NCBI RefSeq assembly: GCF_000315625.1
Contig: NW_005434654.1
Location: 680,632 to 744,631 of the forward strand
Source of the DNA: Guillardia theta CCMP2712
Lineage: Eukaryota; Protista; Cryptophyta
Reading direction: 5' to 3'
DNA length: 64,000 nucleotides
A program made the position numbers and the translations under genes. Under the pieces are notes generated by a model that made no database searches, was not told the DNA's origin, and saw only the letters and a list, made by a program, of their open reading frames with translations. Shown in pieces: positions 13,814-26,962 of this stretch (positions are counted from its first letter, which is position 1; every line of letters begins with the position of its first letter).

Positions 13814-16093
13814 TCACGAGGAAAAGATCTTGAGCTGCCGATCCTTTGAGGCTGTGACAACGAACTTCGCGTCAGGACCAAAGCGGACGCCTGAGACGGA
13901 CTTGGAGTGCGCCTTGGGTACGGAAAGGACTTCGTTGAGTGACTTGGTATGATAAACCTGAAGCGAAGTTGCTCCCGCACAGGCAAGATACAAACCGCTG
14001 TAGTCGAAAACAGCGTCATTCCCCTCTCCATCCCCGGAAAAATGCTTGACAGCAACAGCTTGCCCGCTCATCTTGGCAACTTTACGGAGGTCCCAAATCT
14101 TGAATCCATCCCCTCCAGCCGTGCAGACGTAGTATCCATTCTCAGAGAAGTTGATGCTGTTGACCTCCCCTGGATGCGCTGCGAAAGTGACGACATTCTG
14201 CTGAGTCTTCACGTCCCAGACTCTCACCAACTTGTCCACAGTCGCCGTGCCTGCCAGTAGGTCAAAGCAATAAAAAAGGAGGAGCAGGAGAGACCTAAGA
14301 TAAGGCCGTCAGGATGAAAGGAGGCAGCACTATATCCCGAGGTTATCGAAGCTTCTGAGACGATTTTCCTGCACTTTCCCAGTGCCAAGTCATGTAGGGC
14401 CCAAGTCTTGTCATGTGACGCGGACACGATGAAGTCACCAGTGGCGTGCAGAGTGACGCCCGTTACTTCTCCTTGATGTTCCTTAAATGTATACACATTC
14501 TCTCCGCTGGTGCTTGACCACACTTTGACGGTCTTGTCGGCTGAAGCGGAAAAAACTAGCTCAGCTGCTGGATGGAACTGAACACACGTGACTTTCTTGG
14601 AATGTGCTGCTATCTTGTGAACGGCTTGTTCTGTTTTCTGATCAAAGATCACAACCTGTAAGGCGCAAGGGAATCATGAGAAACTAAATACTCCAGCTTA
14701 CATGCAAACAGCACCTTGTTATCTGCACCTCCTGTGACTGTGAGATTTTCACGATTGGGATGCAAATCCAGACAAAGAATCGCATTGGCCATGTGCACGG
14801 GAAAGGCCTTCTTTTCAGTGAATTTGCTTATTTGATCTTCAGGGGTCAAAGTGGCTGATATTGAAGGGTCAGAAGAGCTTTCTTCTAAAAGACAATTCAC
14901 GTGCCTGATACTTCTCGCTTCTTTCGGTTTTTGGATAAGGTTGTGGATACCTCTGTCATCTTGGCCTTCACAGCTTCTGAGATGCCTTCACCGTCATCCA
15001 GCTGATCCATCCATTCACTTGTTTCATTACATCGCCATGAGAGAAGTTGCTCACCTCCATGCTATCATTGCCGCTCGTTGGTTTCACACCGTTGGACGCT
15101 GCTCCTGCTGATGGCAGAGAAAACTCCCCCTTGGCGGACGCCTTGACCAGAGCCTCGCGTGCCTGACACTTGTCTGACAAACTGCAGAGGAAGAAAGATC
15201 CACAGGCAACAGACACGAGTAGCTGACCTCATCGCGTTCCTTCATGAGCCTTGAGATCACCCGGCAGGCAGCATCGTGTTGGTACAATGTGTGCGAGAGC
15301 TCTTGTCTCGTTTGCTCTAGCAGCCTGGAAATCCCCTCATCACACGACGAACAGAAACTTTGCCCCATTGCAAACGAGACTCCTTATCAACAATTGAACA
15401 AGCAGTCACTTACTTTCGTAAAACCACGCATTCGCGCACTGTTTGTTCCCATTCCTCTTGGAATCTGGAATCTTCTTGTCAACAACGCATTTCTTATGTT
15501 TATCGAATACATGCTAAGCATCCCAGGAATGCTGGTAGACTTCACAGGGCGGCCTTTCACGTAGCAGTTTCCTGCAGTCTGTATCATTGCAGCGCGAGGA
15601 TTCGAGACACACGGGCACAACAACAATGAGGTGCAGGAGAAAAGCGGGAAAGGATCTGAGCCCCATCACATTTGAGGGCGGATGGGAATCGCAAGGAGTG
15701 AACTAAAAGAATTTCACCTTTCACTTCCATGATATCCTCCATTGACAGGGGTTCCCCTGTAATAGGACAAGTACCATGATCCTGTAGACGCGATGTATCA
15801 GAAAAATGATCAGCATGAGACAAGGAGTATGGTCAGCGCAAGACAAGCAAATATGGCCAACGACAACATCTGCAATGTCAGCGCAAGACAAGCAAATATG
15901 GCAAACGACAACATGTGCATTGTAAGCGCATAGGTCGCTTGAGTCGGAAGGCAAGAGCAGGGTGGCGTAGAAGAGGGAGATGGACCTGGATGTAGTTTTC
16001 GATGAGGCTTCGCTCGAAGACGAGGCCTGACTTGATCGACATCCTCGCTTCTCTCGGCGCCTCTCCGCTCATCGCGCACACTATCCCCGACAT
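13814..16093 (-). CDS. PRP19: Pre-mRNA processing factor 19 (U-box, coiled coil, WD40), multi-exon
   Basis: [30 protein letters not shown]; [15 protein letters not shown]; TSIPGMLS; [31 protein letters not shown]; FHPDGLILG; FSENGYY. Confidence 0.95.
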
Positions 16094-16395
16094 GCTGCCG
16101 CGCCGCTGCCTCCCTTCGCCACACTTCTACCCTACCCACCATATTCTAGCTACTCAGGCCCTTGGAAATCAGGGTGGGTCATAGTGACCCCACCACCCCT
16201 TCTAACGTTGTCAGTGGGGGTCCTTGAACTCGTGCAGGGTCGGCCCCCCACCCCCTCAACACCACAAAAAGCACCCCTACCCCTGCCACCACCCTAATAT
16301 TAGGAAGCCATGGTGGAGCCGGGCCATCTAGATAGCAAGGACAATCTTTCAAAAAGTTCTACAGGGACAGAAATGCGAGCTGGAGACACGGGGGA

Positions 16396-16465
16396 GAGGA
16401 CAGGACAGGACAGGACAGGACAGGACAGGACAGGACAGGACAGGACAGGACAGGACAGGACAGGA
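16396..16465. repeat. (GACAG)n pentanucleotide microsatellite
   Basis: ~13 tandem GACAG units. Confidence 0.95.
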
Positions 16466-16542
16466 GAGAGAAGGGCCGGGGAGGCAGGTAGGCGATGTCA
16501 GAAAACGTTAGAAATCAGATCTAGACAGATATTATAGACATT

Positions 16543-17303
16543 ATGATGAAAGCATCTACCGAAAGAAAGGAGTTGTCATGTTTTCGTCAAATTGTTGTCT
16601 TAGACAAATGCGACAAGGACACTGCCAGGTCGATGCTTGTGAAGGCTGCCAAGCAAGTAGAACCGATCATGGTGAAACGAAACTGGTCGGTGGGAACACT
16701 GCGAGAATTTCTCCCTCGAGACAGGTGCTTTCTCTTGCGATGCTCGCTGGTGAAGCTGAGGCTGCGAGCAGGAAGCTTCTGGGGCTGAATGAGAATCGAG
16801 GAGAGACTATTTCCATCCGCCTGCGAGGTTCAGGCGACAATGGCCGCTTCCTTGAGTACCACGATGTCCTCGGTACGCTCCTGCATGAGCTGGTTCACAA
16901 CGAAGTGGGCCCACACAATCAGCGCTTCTATGTGCTCCTGCAGCAGCTAGAGGAGGAGACAGAAAGCCTCATGGCGCGAGGCATCGTCGGGGTGGGGCCA
17001 TTCGAGTGTGAGGGGAGGCGGTGCGGAGGACGCCAGGAGCAACGGAACATGCGAGAGGCGATGCTGACAGCAGCACTCAAGAGGAAGAGGCAGCGAGATC
17101 TGATGGGGTCAGGGCGACTGGGAGGAAGCGATAACTGCGGAATGCATGTGCGAGAGCTGGCAGGGCGAGCAGCAGCTCGGCGAGCAGAAGATGATCAGAC
17201 GTGCCGGACCCGAGGAGAGGAGGAAGAGGATGGGGGGGCGACGAGCAAACGAGGCCGGGCAGAACCATTGAAGGAAGTGATCGACCTGACTGGTGAAGAT
17301 TGA
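16543..17303 (+). CDS. WSS1: WLM-domain metalloprotease (Wss1-like DNA-protein crosslink protease), one short intron near 16724-16771
   Basis: KAAKQVEPIMVKRNWSVGTLREF; LLGLNENRGETISIRLR; TLLHELVHNEVGPHNQRFY (HExxH); C-terminal VIDLT SUMO-interacting motif. Confidence 0.9.
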
Positions 17304-17533
17304 ATGGAAGAAGAGCGGCGGGTGTTGTGTTGGGATGACGAGCTTCTGTTATCCTCTTGGTGTTGTTATGTGCCATGTGCCTCTCTCGCCCTTGAGAACG
17401 ACTCCAATCTCCTGCCTCGTCCTCGTCCAATCAGACTTGGTACTCAATCTCTTCGCTCATCTGCCCACGTCGAGCTGCAGGGATGGAGGAGGAAAGGGAA
17501 GAGGAGAACTGCTCTCGCATCTCCCTCAAGCCT

Positions 17534-20500
17534 TCAACGTCCTCGTGCTGGAGCCCCACGTAAGCAGCTGCTCCTCCCGGTCCCTTCTGCCAACATTTCA
17601 CACTTGTCCTTAGCTCCTCCGCTCCTCACCTTCCTCAGTAACTCCAAGGCAGCCAACTTGTCTGGTGACGAGAACCTGGACGACGTCAAGCAAGGACAAG
17701 AGGGACAAGGATCACCGCTCTCCATGCTCGACAGTCAGAGAGCGAGCAAGCGGATCGTGGCGAGGCGCAGGGAGCAGGAAGGGCTCATGATTGCGAGGGG
17801 ACTTGAACTTGATCCGCACAGGCTCTTCCTGCTCCACCTGCGTCTGCTCGACGCTGAGCCGAGGGACTCTGAGTTCTTGGCTACTGGTGGGGGAAGAGGA
17901 AGGAGCCTCTTGATCCACCAGAGGTGCGCGAACAAGCGGGACGAGGAGCTTCACGCGTTTCTCACGGCCAGTCGCTGCCAGCAGTAAGGAGGCACAATGG
18001 ACGAGACCTACACACCTCCTTTGATCCTCCTCGTTAGTGAGAGCTTGACCACATGCCCCGCACGTCCCTTCGTCCCTGTAAGTTCCTCCCGCTCCCCCTC
18101 CTCATTCACCTTGATCAGTGAAGCTGCAAACTGCATGTCGCGACCTTTTCGCAGGCATTGAGTTGAAATCTTTCCGTCCTCCCCTCCTCACCTATGATGC
18201 GATTCCCGTCCACGGCCGTCAGCTCGTCGCCCAGCAGCACCTTCCACTGTCTCAGCTGAGGAGCTTCATGGAGGTCTAGCTAGTGCTGACGTCTTTCTCT
18301 CTCCTCACCTTGCCCGACTGAGCTGCTACTCCAGCTGGGAGACTCTCAATGACAAAAGTCCCATCGCTTGTTCGCGTTAGCTGAATGCCGATGCCTCCGG
18401 GTCGCTCCAGCCCTTCCTTCTCTATCCTCCCTCTCGCAACCGCCTCCTCCTCGTACAAGTCCACTTCTTCCGCAAGAATAATCTCAGCAACAAAGGAACA
18501 AAGAGGAAAGGTGGTGATGGTAAAGGAGGGGTGGAGGAAAGAGGGACGGGAGGAGAGGAGGATGCCAACCTGGTGAGCATGGTGTTCCTGTCTTCAACGA
18601 GGCTTGTTGCAACCTGATGCACGAGGTGAGCTAGCTATGCTCGCGCTCCTCTCAGCGACTCATCACATGGGAGGGGAGCAGCGACTTGGCTGCTGCGATT
18701 CGACGTGACGGTCGGGGCTGCTGACGCTCGAATTGCCGTGAGCGAAGCGACGAGAAGGGAGGTTGAGAGCGATGAGGTCCTCCTCTCGTCGGTTGCTCCT
18801 CCTGCTCCCCATCACCAACTCACTTGTCCGACATTCTTATGCTCTCCGTCACCTCATCGCTTCCTTGTTGCTTGGACTGCAAATCCTGCTCGTGATGTCT
18901 CTTGCCTTTCTCAAAGTCAAGAACTTCTTCTTCCCTCCTCATCCTATTCCTGCTGGCCACTTCCATGGTCCCTCTACTTTCATGACATCCCTATCCCTCC
19001 TCTTCCTCCCCCTCACCTCTCTCAACGACGAATAGGTTTTCTCGAGCTCGCTGTCGTAGGACCTGTTCATGACGCTCAGCAGCTCACGCGCAGGGCTCGA
19101 GGTCTCCGACGTGTCTAAAGGGGTCGAGCAGTCCTGCGGTCCCTTGGGGTCTCCGGCTGCTAATAACTTGTCGTTTTTTGTCTCTGACGCTTCCACGTTG
19201 AGCGGATCGAGCGGAGGAGAGGAGGAGGCGGAGGCTGCGTGAGGCCCCAACGATCCCACTGACCGGAGTCTTCTTCGAGTAGAAGAAGCGGAGGGAGAGG
19301 AGGAAGGTCGTCGAGCCTCCAGTTCTTTTCCTTCCTGAAGCCAAGCCTATGGAGGGAGGAAGTGACTAGCAAGTTGGAGAAAACAAGCAACTTGAGGGTC
19401 ACTTCGCGCTGGAGGGCTTGGATCCTTTCCTCCCTTAATTTGGCGGTTTCATACAAGCGTGCGGAGTTTGTCTTTTCTTTCCTCGCACTCTTGCGCTCCC
19501 CTGCTCACGCAGTTGGTTATTCCTCCCTTTCCTTGACTCTCCCTTCCTCGTCTCACTTGTCTCGTTTCGATCCTGCTGCGCTCTTGCCAACTTCTCGATC
19601 TTGTCACTTCGCTGCTGAGCAACACAGACGTCATACCCCAGGCTTCCTCTCCTCCTCCTCCTCCTCACCTTCCCTGCGTCCATAAGCCTGTCCTGCAAAC
19701 ACAAAAGTCAGCCGGTGAGTTGAGCTTCAGCTAGAGGCTCGTCTTGTCACCTCAACGTTTCCTCGCCTCCTTCCCTCTCGCTCCATCTGTTCAGCTATTC
19801 TTCTGCTTCTCGCCAAGATAGCTGGGCTGCTGCTCGAGCCCTCAAGCCTCTTGGCGCTGGTCGATGGCTTAGGAGTTGCAAGCACTGCGGCGACTGGTCG
19901 AGGGAGGGAGGAAGAGGACGAGTACAGCGAACGAAGCTCATTCATCTCAAGTACTGCACCTGCCTCCTCCCTCCTCACCTTCTCCTTTGCGAGCCGTTTT
20001 GACCTGAAGCAAACAAGATCAGAAGGTCGTAGGAAACAGCTCAATTCACTTCTCGTTGATTTCTGGGCGGAAGGTACAGAAAGACATTTCGCGCGACAAT
20101 AGTTTCTGAGCAGCTTCTTGCTGGGGTGTGCTCTCAGCGAACAGTGTGAGGAGGATAGAAGAAGCGAGGAGGATAGGAAAAGCGAGGAGGAAGGGAGAGG
20201 AGGAAGGGAGAGGAGGAAGGGAGAGGAGGTAGGGAGGTGAATGAAAGATGGGCAGGGGGGAAGAGGAAGGAGAGCAGAAGGAAGAAAGCTAACCTTCTTC
20301 TTCTCGCGGGCTTCCAGGGTCAATCCTCCTCTCGTGTTGGGGCGACTTGGGCAGCTGCCTGGCTGATTCCACGAGTAGTCGATGGCTGTCAGGGACTCGC
20401 GGGCTCTTCTCAGCTCAATTGCGCCCCCAGCGGCAGCCGAGGCTTGGCCGATCCCGAAGTTTCTGAGAGCATCTGACCCCCATCCCTCTCCGAGATCTAG

Positions 20501-21531
20501 AGCCCCGCTGAAGCTGCCAGGACGTCACGTCGCTACTTCCTCCTTCTGTGAGACCTCTCAAGCAGCTCCAGTGCCTCTTGCCGCTGCTGCCCGTCGACCG
20601 CGCTCATCATCAAGAACTTCTTGGCAGACGCGAAGATGCCTGAGGAGCGTGACGATGAGTGACAAGAGGCGAATAGTCGCACCAGCAGATTCATGCGGCA
20701 CTTCCTTCGCCTGCTCTTGCTCGCCCTTATCTTCTCTTGCTTTGTCCTTACCTTCCCTCCCTTCCTCCTTCAGCCTATGTGAGTTTGCCTGTCGCCCGAT
20801 GTAGGGGCGAGGTGCTTGTATCCTTCTCGGACTTGGCTCAGCGCTGGAGCTCGAGGAGGTCAAGAGCTCTTGCTGGGAGACGAGAGGAGACGTCTGGGAA
20901 GCAAAAGGAAGACATTGAGCACTCCAGCATCCTGCGTCGAGAGCCTATTGGACGTCATCGGTCCCCATTCTCCACCTCCTCCTCACCTTGATCCATCCCT
21001 CCGGGGTCAAGCACTGCCGATTTGCTCGAGGACTTCGAGGCGAGTTGGTGGCCGAGTCATCAGGGGGATGCGACTGCACCGGAGGATTAGCAGAGTGGAG
21101 CACGTGGACATGCTTACCTTGAGCTGCTCGACTGAGAGGGGTTGGAAGTTAACTCTGAGATGCTGGCTGCCTCGCGCTGATCCGATCGCGTCGTCGTCCA
21201 AGGTGGTGGAACAGATCCCACCATCGTTACCGAAGAAGTGGAAAGGGGCATCACGTTCACAAGTGACCTCTCTCTCTCTGCTTGTTTCCTCGCAAACCTT
21301 CCAATCTGATGCTTCTTCTGCTGCTTCTTCTGCTGCTTCTTCTGGTGCTTCTTCTGCTGCTACTTCTGGTGCAATACTCGTCTGTTCGAAACTGACATGC
21401 GCATTCGAGCAGTCGGGAGACAAGGTCAAGAGCTGAGCCACCTCCTTTTCGAGCTCCTTCGCTTCCTTTCGCAGCGAGAAGAAGCTTCCTTCAGTCACTC
21501 CATACCCTCCAGCAGCATCAACAGACGCCAT
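17534..21531 (-). CDS. Multi-exon PDZ-domain / coiled-coil hypothetical protein; ends approximate
   Basis: First exon MASVDAAGG.. (21007-21531); PDZ-like GGIGIQLTRTSDGTFVIESLPAGVAAQSGK..VLLGDELTAVDG at ~18190-18410; charged exons between. Confidence 0.5.
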
Positions 21532-24185
21532 TCTCACACGATCAGATCCAACTCATCCTGCACAAACAGGTCAGCCTCCCTTTCTCCCTCCTCTATCTTC
21601 AATACCCATCCTCCTCTCCTCAAACCCCTCGTCTGCCTCCCTTCCCCTTCCGCTCAACTCCTCACCCGACCTTTCTTCTACACAGTTCCTTCAGATCGTC
21701 CCCCCCCCCCCTCTTCCTTCTCTCACTTCTCTCCCCTCCTTTATCTTGGTTTCCTCGGCTCTGTCCCTCCTATCCCCCGTGGTCAAGAGAGATCCTCCTT
21801 CCCCTTCCCTCCCTCTCCTCCCTCTCTGTTCCCTCTCCATCTCCCTTCATTCCTCCGTTCTCTTCCCTCCCTCTCCTCCTCACTCCCTCTTCCCCCCCTT
21901 TCCTCCCTTCCTCTCCCCATCTCCCCATCCTTCCTCTCCCCCCTCCTCCCACTCGCCCCGTCGGATGCATGGTTTTGAGTCTCCTAGGACCTTCCTATGA
22001 CACCCTGGTCGGTGTGAAGGTTTCGTATGGATTCATAAAAAAAATCAAAAATCAAGATCGCCGGACTCCGAACCGTCTCCGAGGCTCGGAGAGTCAGTGG
22101 GCTGGCGCCCTGTGACTTCTCAGTGGCCGAGGCTGTGAATCGTGACGGGCCCGGCATGACCAGATGAAACGGAGGCACCGTGTGATCAGGGTCAGCTGCC
22201 AGTGTACTCTGGTGACCAGCCCCGGCTATCATGCAGTGCCAGTGTTGTGTGCAGTGCGTGAATAGTACGGAAGTTTCTTCTGCTTGAGGCACTTTCTACC
22301 TCAGTGTGCGAGTCACCGGCTGCACTGCCGCCAGCCCACGCAGATCCTCTAAGCTTCCTGCAGCGGCGCTCCACCGACGGTACTCTGCATCCTGACACCC
22401 TCCCCTTCATCAGGCTTGTACAGTGGCAGACATCATCGCTCAGCGGCGCCGTCGAGGCCCTCGAGGATGTGGGCTGTTTGGTTGGCACTTCCGCCGATTC
22501 CCCGGCGGAGCCCTGCCATGTTTGGTCGGCACTTCCGATTCCCCGGCGGCGGAGCCCTGCCATGTTTGGTCGGCACTTCCGATTCCCGGCGGCGGAGTCC
22601 TGCCATGATGTCGGATGCCAGACCTGCTGCTGAGCGGCTCCGAGGATCCTCGAGCGGCCACTGAGGACACCTCCTCCGACTCCGGAGTCCCGGAGTCGCC
22701 GGAGGTCTCGGACTCAGCGCCGGCCGCAGTCCTTGTAGGCACTTTTTACCTTATGCGAGTAAAACTCTACTTTCTTGTCGGCGGCTGCCCTTTCTCCGTC
22801 ATGAGGTCGTTCACGTCCCCTCAGTGCTGTGCCGGTATCCCGGCGCTCGTTGCTTGCCCCTCTCTGCTTGTCTACGTGGCTTCCAGCAGTGCTGGTTACT
22901 TTCGGTCTTGTGTACTGTTTCGTGTATTTGCCCCGCGTTTGTTGCTGCAGTGTTGAGTTAACTGAAAAAAGGTCTGATGTTTTGCTTGTTGCTGCTTTCT
23001 TCTGCTTGAGGCACTTTTTACCTTATGCTCAGAGTGCCTATATTGGTAGGAGGGCCCGGCGTAAGATTTACGGTTGCCAGCAGTGCTGGTTCTTTTCGGG
23101 CTTGTGTTTTGTGTGTGTTTGTGCAGCTTCTCGCTGTGCGCTGTGTGCAAGCAGGTTTAGCTTGTTCCTGCTTTGTTTTGCTTGAGGCACATTTTACATT
23201 CTGCCAGTAAATCCCCGTTCTGCTTGAGGCACTTTTTACCTTTTATGCGAGTAAAACTCTATCAAAACAAGCAAAAGAAAGCAGCTGCATGCACACAGCG
23301 CCACAGCGAGAAGCTGCACAAACACACACAACCAAACAAGAACAACTTTTTACCTTCTGCGAGTAAAACTCTGAGACGGCCCAAGAGTAACCAGCACTGC
23401 TGGTAGCTTACGGTGTGTGTCACAGTTTATGCAGCTTCTCGCTGTGCGCTGTGTGCATGCAGGTTTAGCTTGTTCCTGCTTTGTTTTGCTTGAGGCACTT
23501 TTTACTTTTTATGCGAGTAAACACGTGACTTCGTTACCCGGTAGCTCTGCCAACCTGCTTTTGTTGCTGTGTGCAAAAAACAAGACCAAAAGCAGACCGT
23601 TTACTGGCAGGGGGGCGTCCGAGATGAAACTCCCTTAGACGCGATACTAGGTGCCCCGGAGGCATCCGACTGACCACTGTCAGTCGAGACGTCCCCCGCC
23701 GCCGCAAAGCTGGCGGCATTACGGAATCACGGTCGCGGACGAAGAAAGAGCAGCCGCCGACGGCGGGAGGGGGGGGGGGGCTGTGTGCATCGAAGCATGC
23801 AGGTTTAGCTTGTTCCTGCAACTTAGCAGGTTTAGCGTGTTCCTGTACCTTCTGCCAGTAAATCCGTCCATGCTTTCTTTTGCTTTAGAGGGAGTCCGAT
23901 TTACTGGCAGAAGGTAAAAAGTGCCTCAAGCAAATTGCTGGTTCTTTTCGGGCTTGTGTTTTGTGAATGCCCAAGGACCGGCGTGACCCGCCGCTCCCGA
24001 CCGATGCCGGGGAGGATCGAGCTCTCCGGAGGCACCCGAAGTCACAGTGAGGGACGGAGACGCCTCGCCAGCTCCGCGCCGATCGTCGGCGCCACTCTGG
24101 ATGTTTCCCCCATCGGAGTCGGAGACCTCCGGCGAAGACTCCTCCTCGGGCGACTCGACAAAGTCCGAGGAGGAGCTGTCCTCCG

Positions 24186-24690
24186 CCACCAGCAGCACCC
24201 GCAGCAGCAGCAGCCGCAGCTGCAGCACCCGCGTCAGCAGCAGCAGCAACAGCAGCAGCAGCAACCACCACAGCAGCGACCACAACCGCGCGGGCCGAGG
24301 GAGCAGCGGCAGTCCGGCCAATCGTCTCAGGAGTCTGAGCCTGCTCCTCCGCCGCGACCTACGCTGTCCCTCACCTCTGCGAGCGAGCGCCAAAGACAGT
24401 TGGCGATTCATCAGTTCACTGCGGGTGACCTTCATCGGGCGGTACGGACACTACTGAGCTCCGGCATCTACAGGGCTGAACCTTTCGCTGATCTTCTTGC
24501 TGAAGCACAAGAGAAGTTCCCTGATGGTGCGTCGCCTGCCTTTGGAAGTGCTTCCGCGGATCATCTCACCCAGCAAGCGCTTGCAGTACTGCAGGCGGAT
24601 TTGACTGACATCCTCGACACCACTAGCCTGATCCAGGCGATCAAGCGCTACAGCTCCTTTGCGGGGACCGATCATCGGACCAAGGGTGGA
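24186..24690 (+). pseudogene. Retrotransposon ORF fragment, pre-RT region
   Basis: Poly-Gln then AIHQFTAGDLHRAVRTLLSSG..EKFP..AIKRYSSFAGTD, resembling the G..RA...L.S.G and AG.DG motifs that precede CRE-type RT. Confidence 0.6.
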
Positions 24691-24789
24691 GGATTTGGCA
24701 ACACCTGTCACCCCTTTCTAGTCATCCTGCAGCTTTGAAGCTCTACTGGGTGGGCTGGATGGCATTGTAGCTGAAGAAGAGCCTTAAGC

Positions 24790-26270
24790 GCCGTCTCAAG
24801 ACTCAACTTCTTCACTTCGAGGTCGTCACTGGCGGGATTACACTTGGCGGCCTGCCTATCGGCACGGATGGATTTCATGCTAGTCAGCTCCGAGCGAAGG
24901 TTTCTACCCTCAACGAAGAGCTCTCGAAGCTCGGGCTCGTCCAGCATGGCTTCATGTTCAAGACGCTGGTGAGGGCGAGCCATCTCCAGAAGCTGCGCTT
25001 CTTCCTCCAGGGGTCTTCTCCGTTTCTCCCGCGGGTCCAATCACAGATTCGTCGCTTTGACCTCTCTGTCCACCTGGCGCTTGAGAAATACCACCGCTGG
25101 CCTTCCTCGCAGTACCTTGCCGCGCATCCCGACCTGCTAGAGTTTGCGAGGTTCAAGCGGGAGCTTCCGCATAGTCGAGGAGGGGACGAGTTCACGCCCT
25201 CTGAGGGTCTACACCCCGCTGTTTACTATACGGCTATCGCTCGCTTCCTCGCTTCAGGCTTGGTACTCTGACCAGCCCATGTCACGGACCCTGCCCTCTC
25301 CTCATAGCCTGGACGTTCACTGCTCGAGATCTCTCCGTGCCCAGAAGCATCCTCTGGCGACCTTCTTCGGCTTCGCGCTTGGGCTGGCGCTGCCGCGTCT
25401 GGGTGCCAGCAGTGCTGGTTCTTTTCGGGCTTGTGTTTTGTGTGTGATTGTGCAGCTTCTCGCTGTGGACTGTGTATCTGCCGGTTCAGCTTGTTCCTGC
25501 TTTGTTTTGCTTGAGGCACTTTTTATCTTCTGCCAGTAAATCCTATACCCCCTTCTTCGTTGAGGCGCACGACTTCGTTCATAATGCTGGAGCGATCCTC
25601 TACCGTCGTGTCAAGGCTCCTGCACCGGCTGCAGATGGCGCGGCGATCCCACCTGCCCCGGCTGCTGTGCCTGATGACGCAGGACGCCCCCCGGCATCTG
25701 TGGTACACATCCCTGGTTTGCGCGCTCTCGTCGACTCGTCTCATGAGCACTTCATTCCTCCCCCTGCGCAGCGAAATGTGACTCCTCTTGTCATGCGCGT
25801 CTTCCCTCGCCATGTGCATGCTCGCGCTGCGCTGACCGATCAGCAGCGTGATATCCTCACCTTGCACAGCCGCAGGACACACTCGCTCAAGTCGCAGGAT
25901 AGGGTCTTGCAGTCTACCATCTTCGCTCATTTTCCTGAGCGAGACCTGAGCCACTCTCCGATGCGAGTCTCGAGCTACTACCCCCTCAAGGCCTTCCCGC
26001 ACCGCTATGCTCAGATGCTCGACTGCTATCTCCATGGCATGCCGATCTGCCAGTGTCCGACGAAATGTGATGGATGTCAGCGCGAGCTCGACCCCTCCGT
26101 TGCTGCACATCATCTCCAGACCTGCAAACGCCGATCCTCCAAGCTTCCCACGGCGCATGACAACCTTACTCGTACGATTCGGTCGATGCTGAACGAAGCT
26201 GGTCTTCAGAGCGTCATCGATACAATGGGGGATCCTCGTTCTCGACGGCAGGTACCCTCCCATCCTCATA
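24790..26270 (+). pseudogene. Retrotransposon ORF fragment: RT thumb, linker, CCHC knuckle, start of RLE domain; interrupted by a 3'-end insertion
   Basis: GITLGGLPIG; RELPHSRGG; CDGC..HHLQTC..AHDNL. Confidence 0.8.
25370..25550 (+). mobile_element. 5'-truncated 3'-UTR copy inserted into the element's own ORF with a 9-bp TSD
   Basis: CCTTCTTCG at 25361-25369 and 25551-25559; uninterrupted site GCGACCTTCTTCGTTGAGG present in copies at ~30320 and ~37800. Confidence 0.85.
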
Positions 26271-26271
26271 T

Positions 26272-26962
26272 CATATAGGATTTACTGGCAGAAGATAAAA
26301 AGTGCCTCAAGCAAAACAAAGCAGGAACAAGCTGAACCGGCAGGCACACAGTCCACAGCGAGAAGCTGCACAAACACACACAAAACACAAGCCCGAAAAG
26401 AACCAGCACTGCCACCCAGACGCGGCATCGCCAGCCCAAGCGCGAAGCCGCGCAGACAAGCAGCCTAAGGGTCAAGCAATCAAGCAACAAGCAGCAGGAG
26501 CATGCAGGAGGAATAAAATCCCTTAGACGCGATACCCGGAGGCAGCCGACTGACCACTGTCAGTCGAGACGTCCGCTGCCGCCACAAAGCGGGCGGCCGC
26601 GGACGGAGAAAGGGCAGCCGCCGACAAGGAGCCGGCGCTGCCCGGGTGTCCGCCTGGGGCAGCGGACGGAGGGAGGCTGGACACAGGAACACGGTACCGC
26701 TCGAGGTAGTCCTCCTCGCTAGCCTCCGAGTCAGCGGTAGCCGAGTCAGTGGTAGCCGCCCGTGACGGCGGCGACGCCGCGGCAATGCCCAAGGACCGGC
26801 GTGACCCGACCGATGCCGGGGAGGAAGCAGGCGAGCTCGGACCAGCAGCAAGCACCCCAGTGGTGTCGAGCTCTCCGGAGGCACCCGACGTCACAGTGAG
26901 GGACGGAGACGCCTCGCCAGCTCCGCGCCGATCGTCGGGGCCACTCGAAGGGTTTCCCCCAT
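26272..26962 (-). mobile_element. 5'-truncated antisense copy (acidic C-terminal tail + full 3' UTR)
   Basis: Near-identical reverse complement of 28540-29000 ending ASGYRV*, followed by ~250 nt UTR to ..AGTAAATCCTATA. Confidence 0.9.

Noticed and set aside
20654-21436. Plus-strand exosome (Mtr3/Rrp41-like) gene suggested by MSDKRRIVAP
   Set aside because: No RNase PH motifs follow, and the minus strand carries the coherent exons.
23898-23935. Recurrent GGATTTACTGGCAGAAGGTAAAAAGTGCCTCAAGCA as an snRNA or spliced-leader target gene
   Set aside because: It is contiguous with the ORF stop through a ~250-nt UTR (26272-26525), so it is the element's own 3' end.
23976-24185. Long terminal inverted repeat of the retroelement
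   Set aside because: Better explained as another antisense 5'-truncated copy; breakpoints differ among copies.
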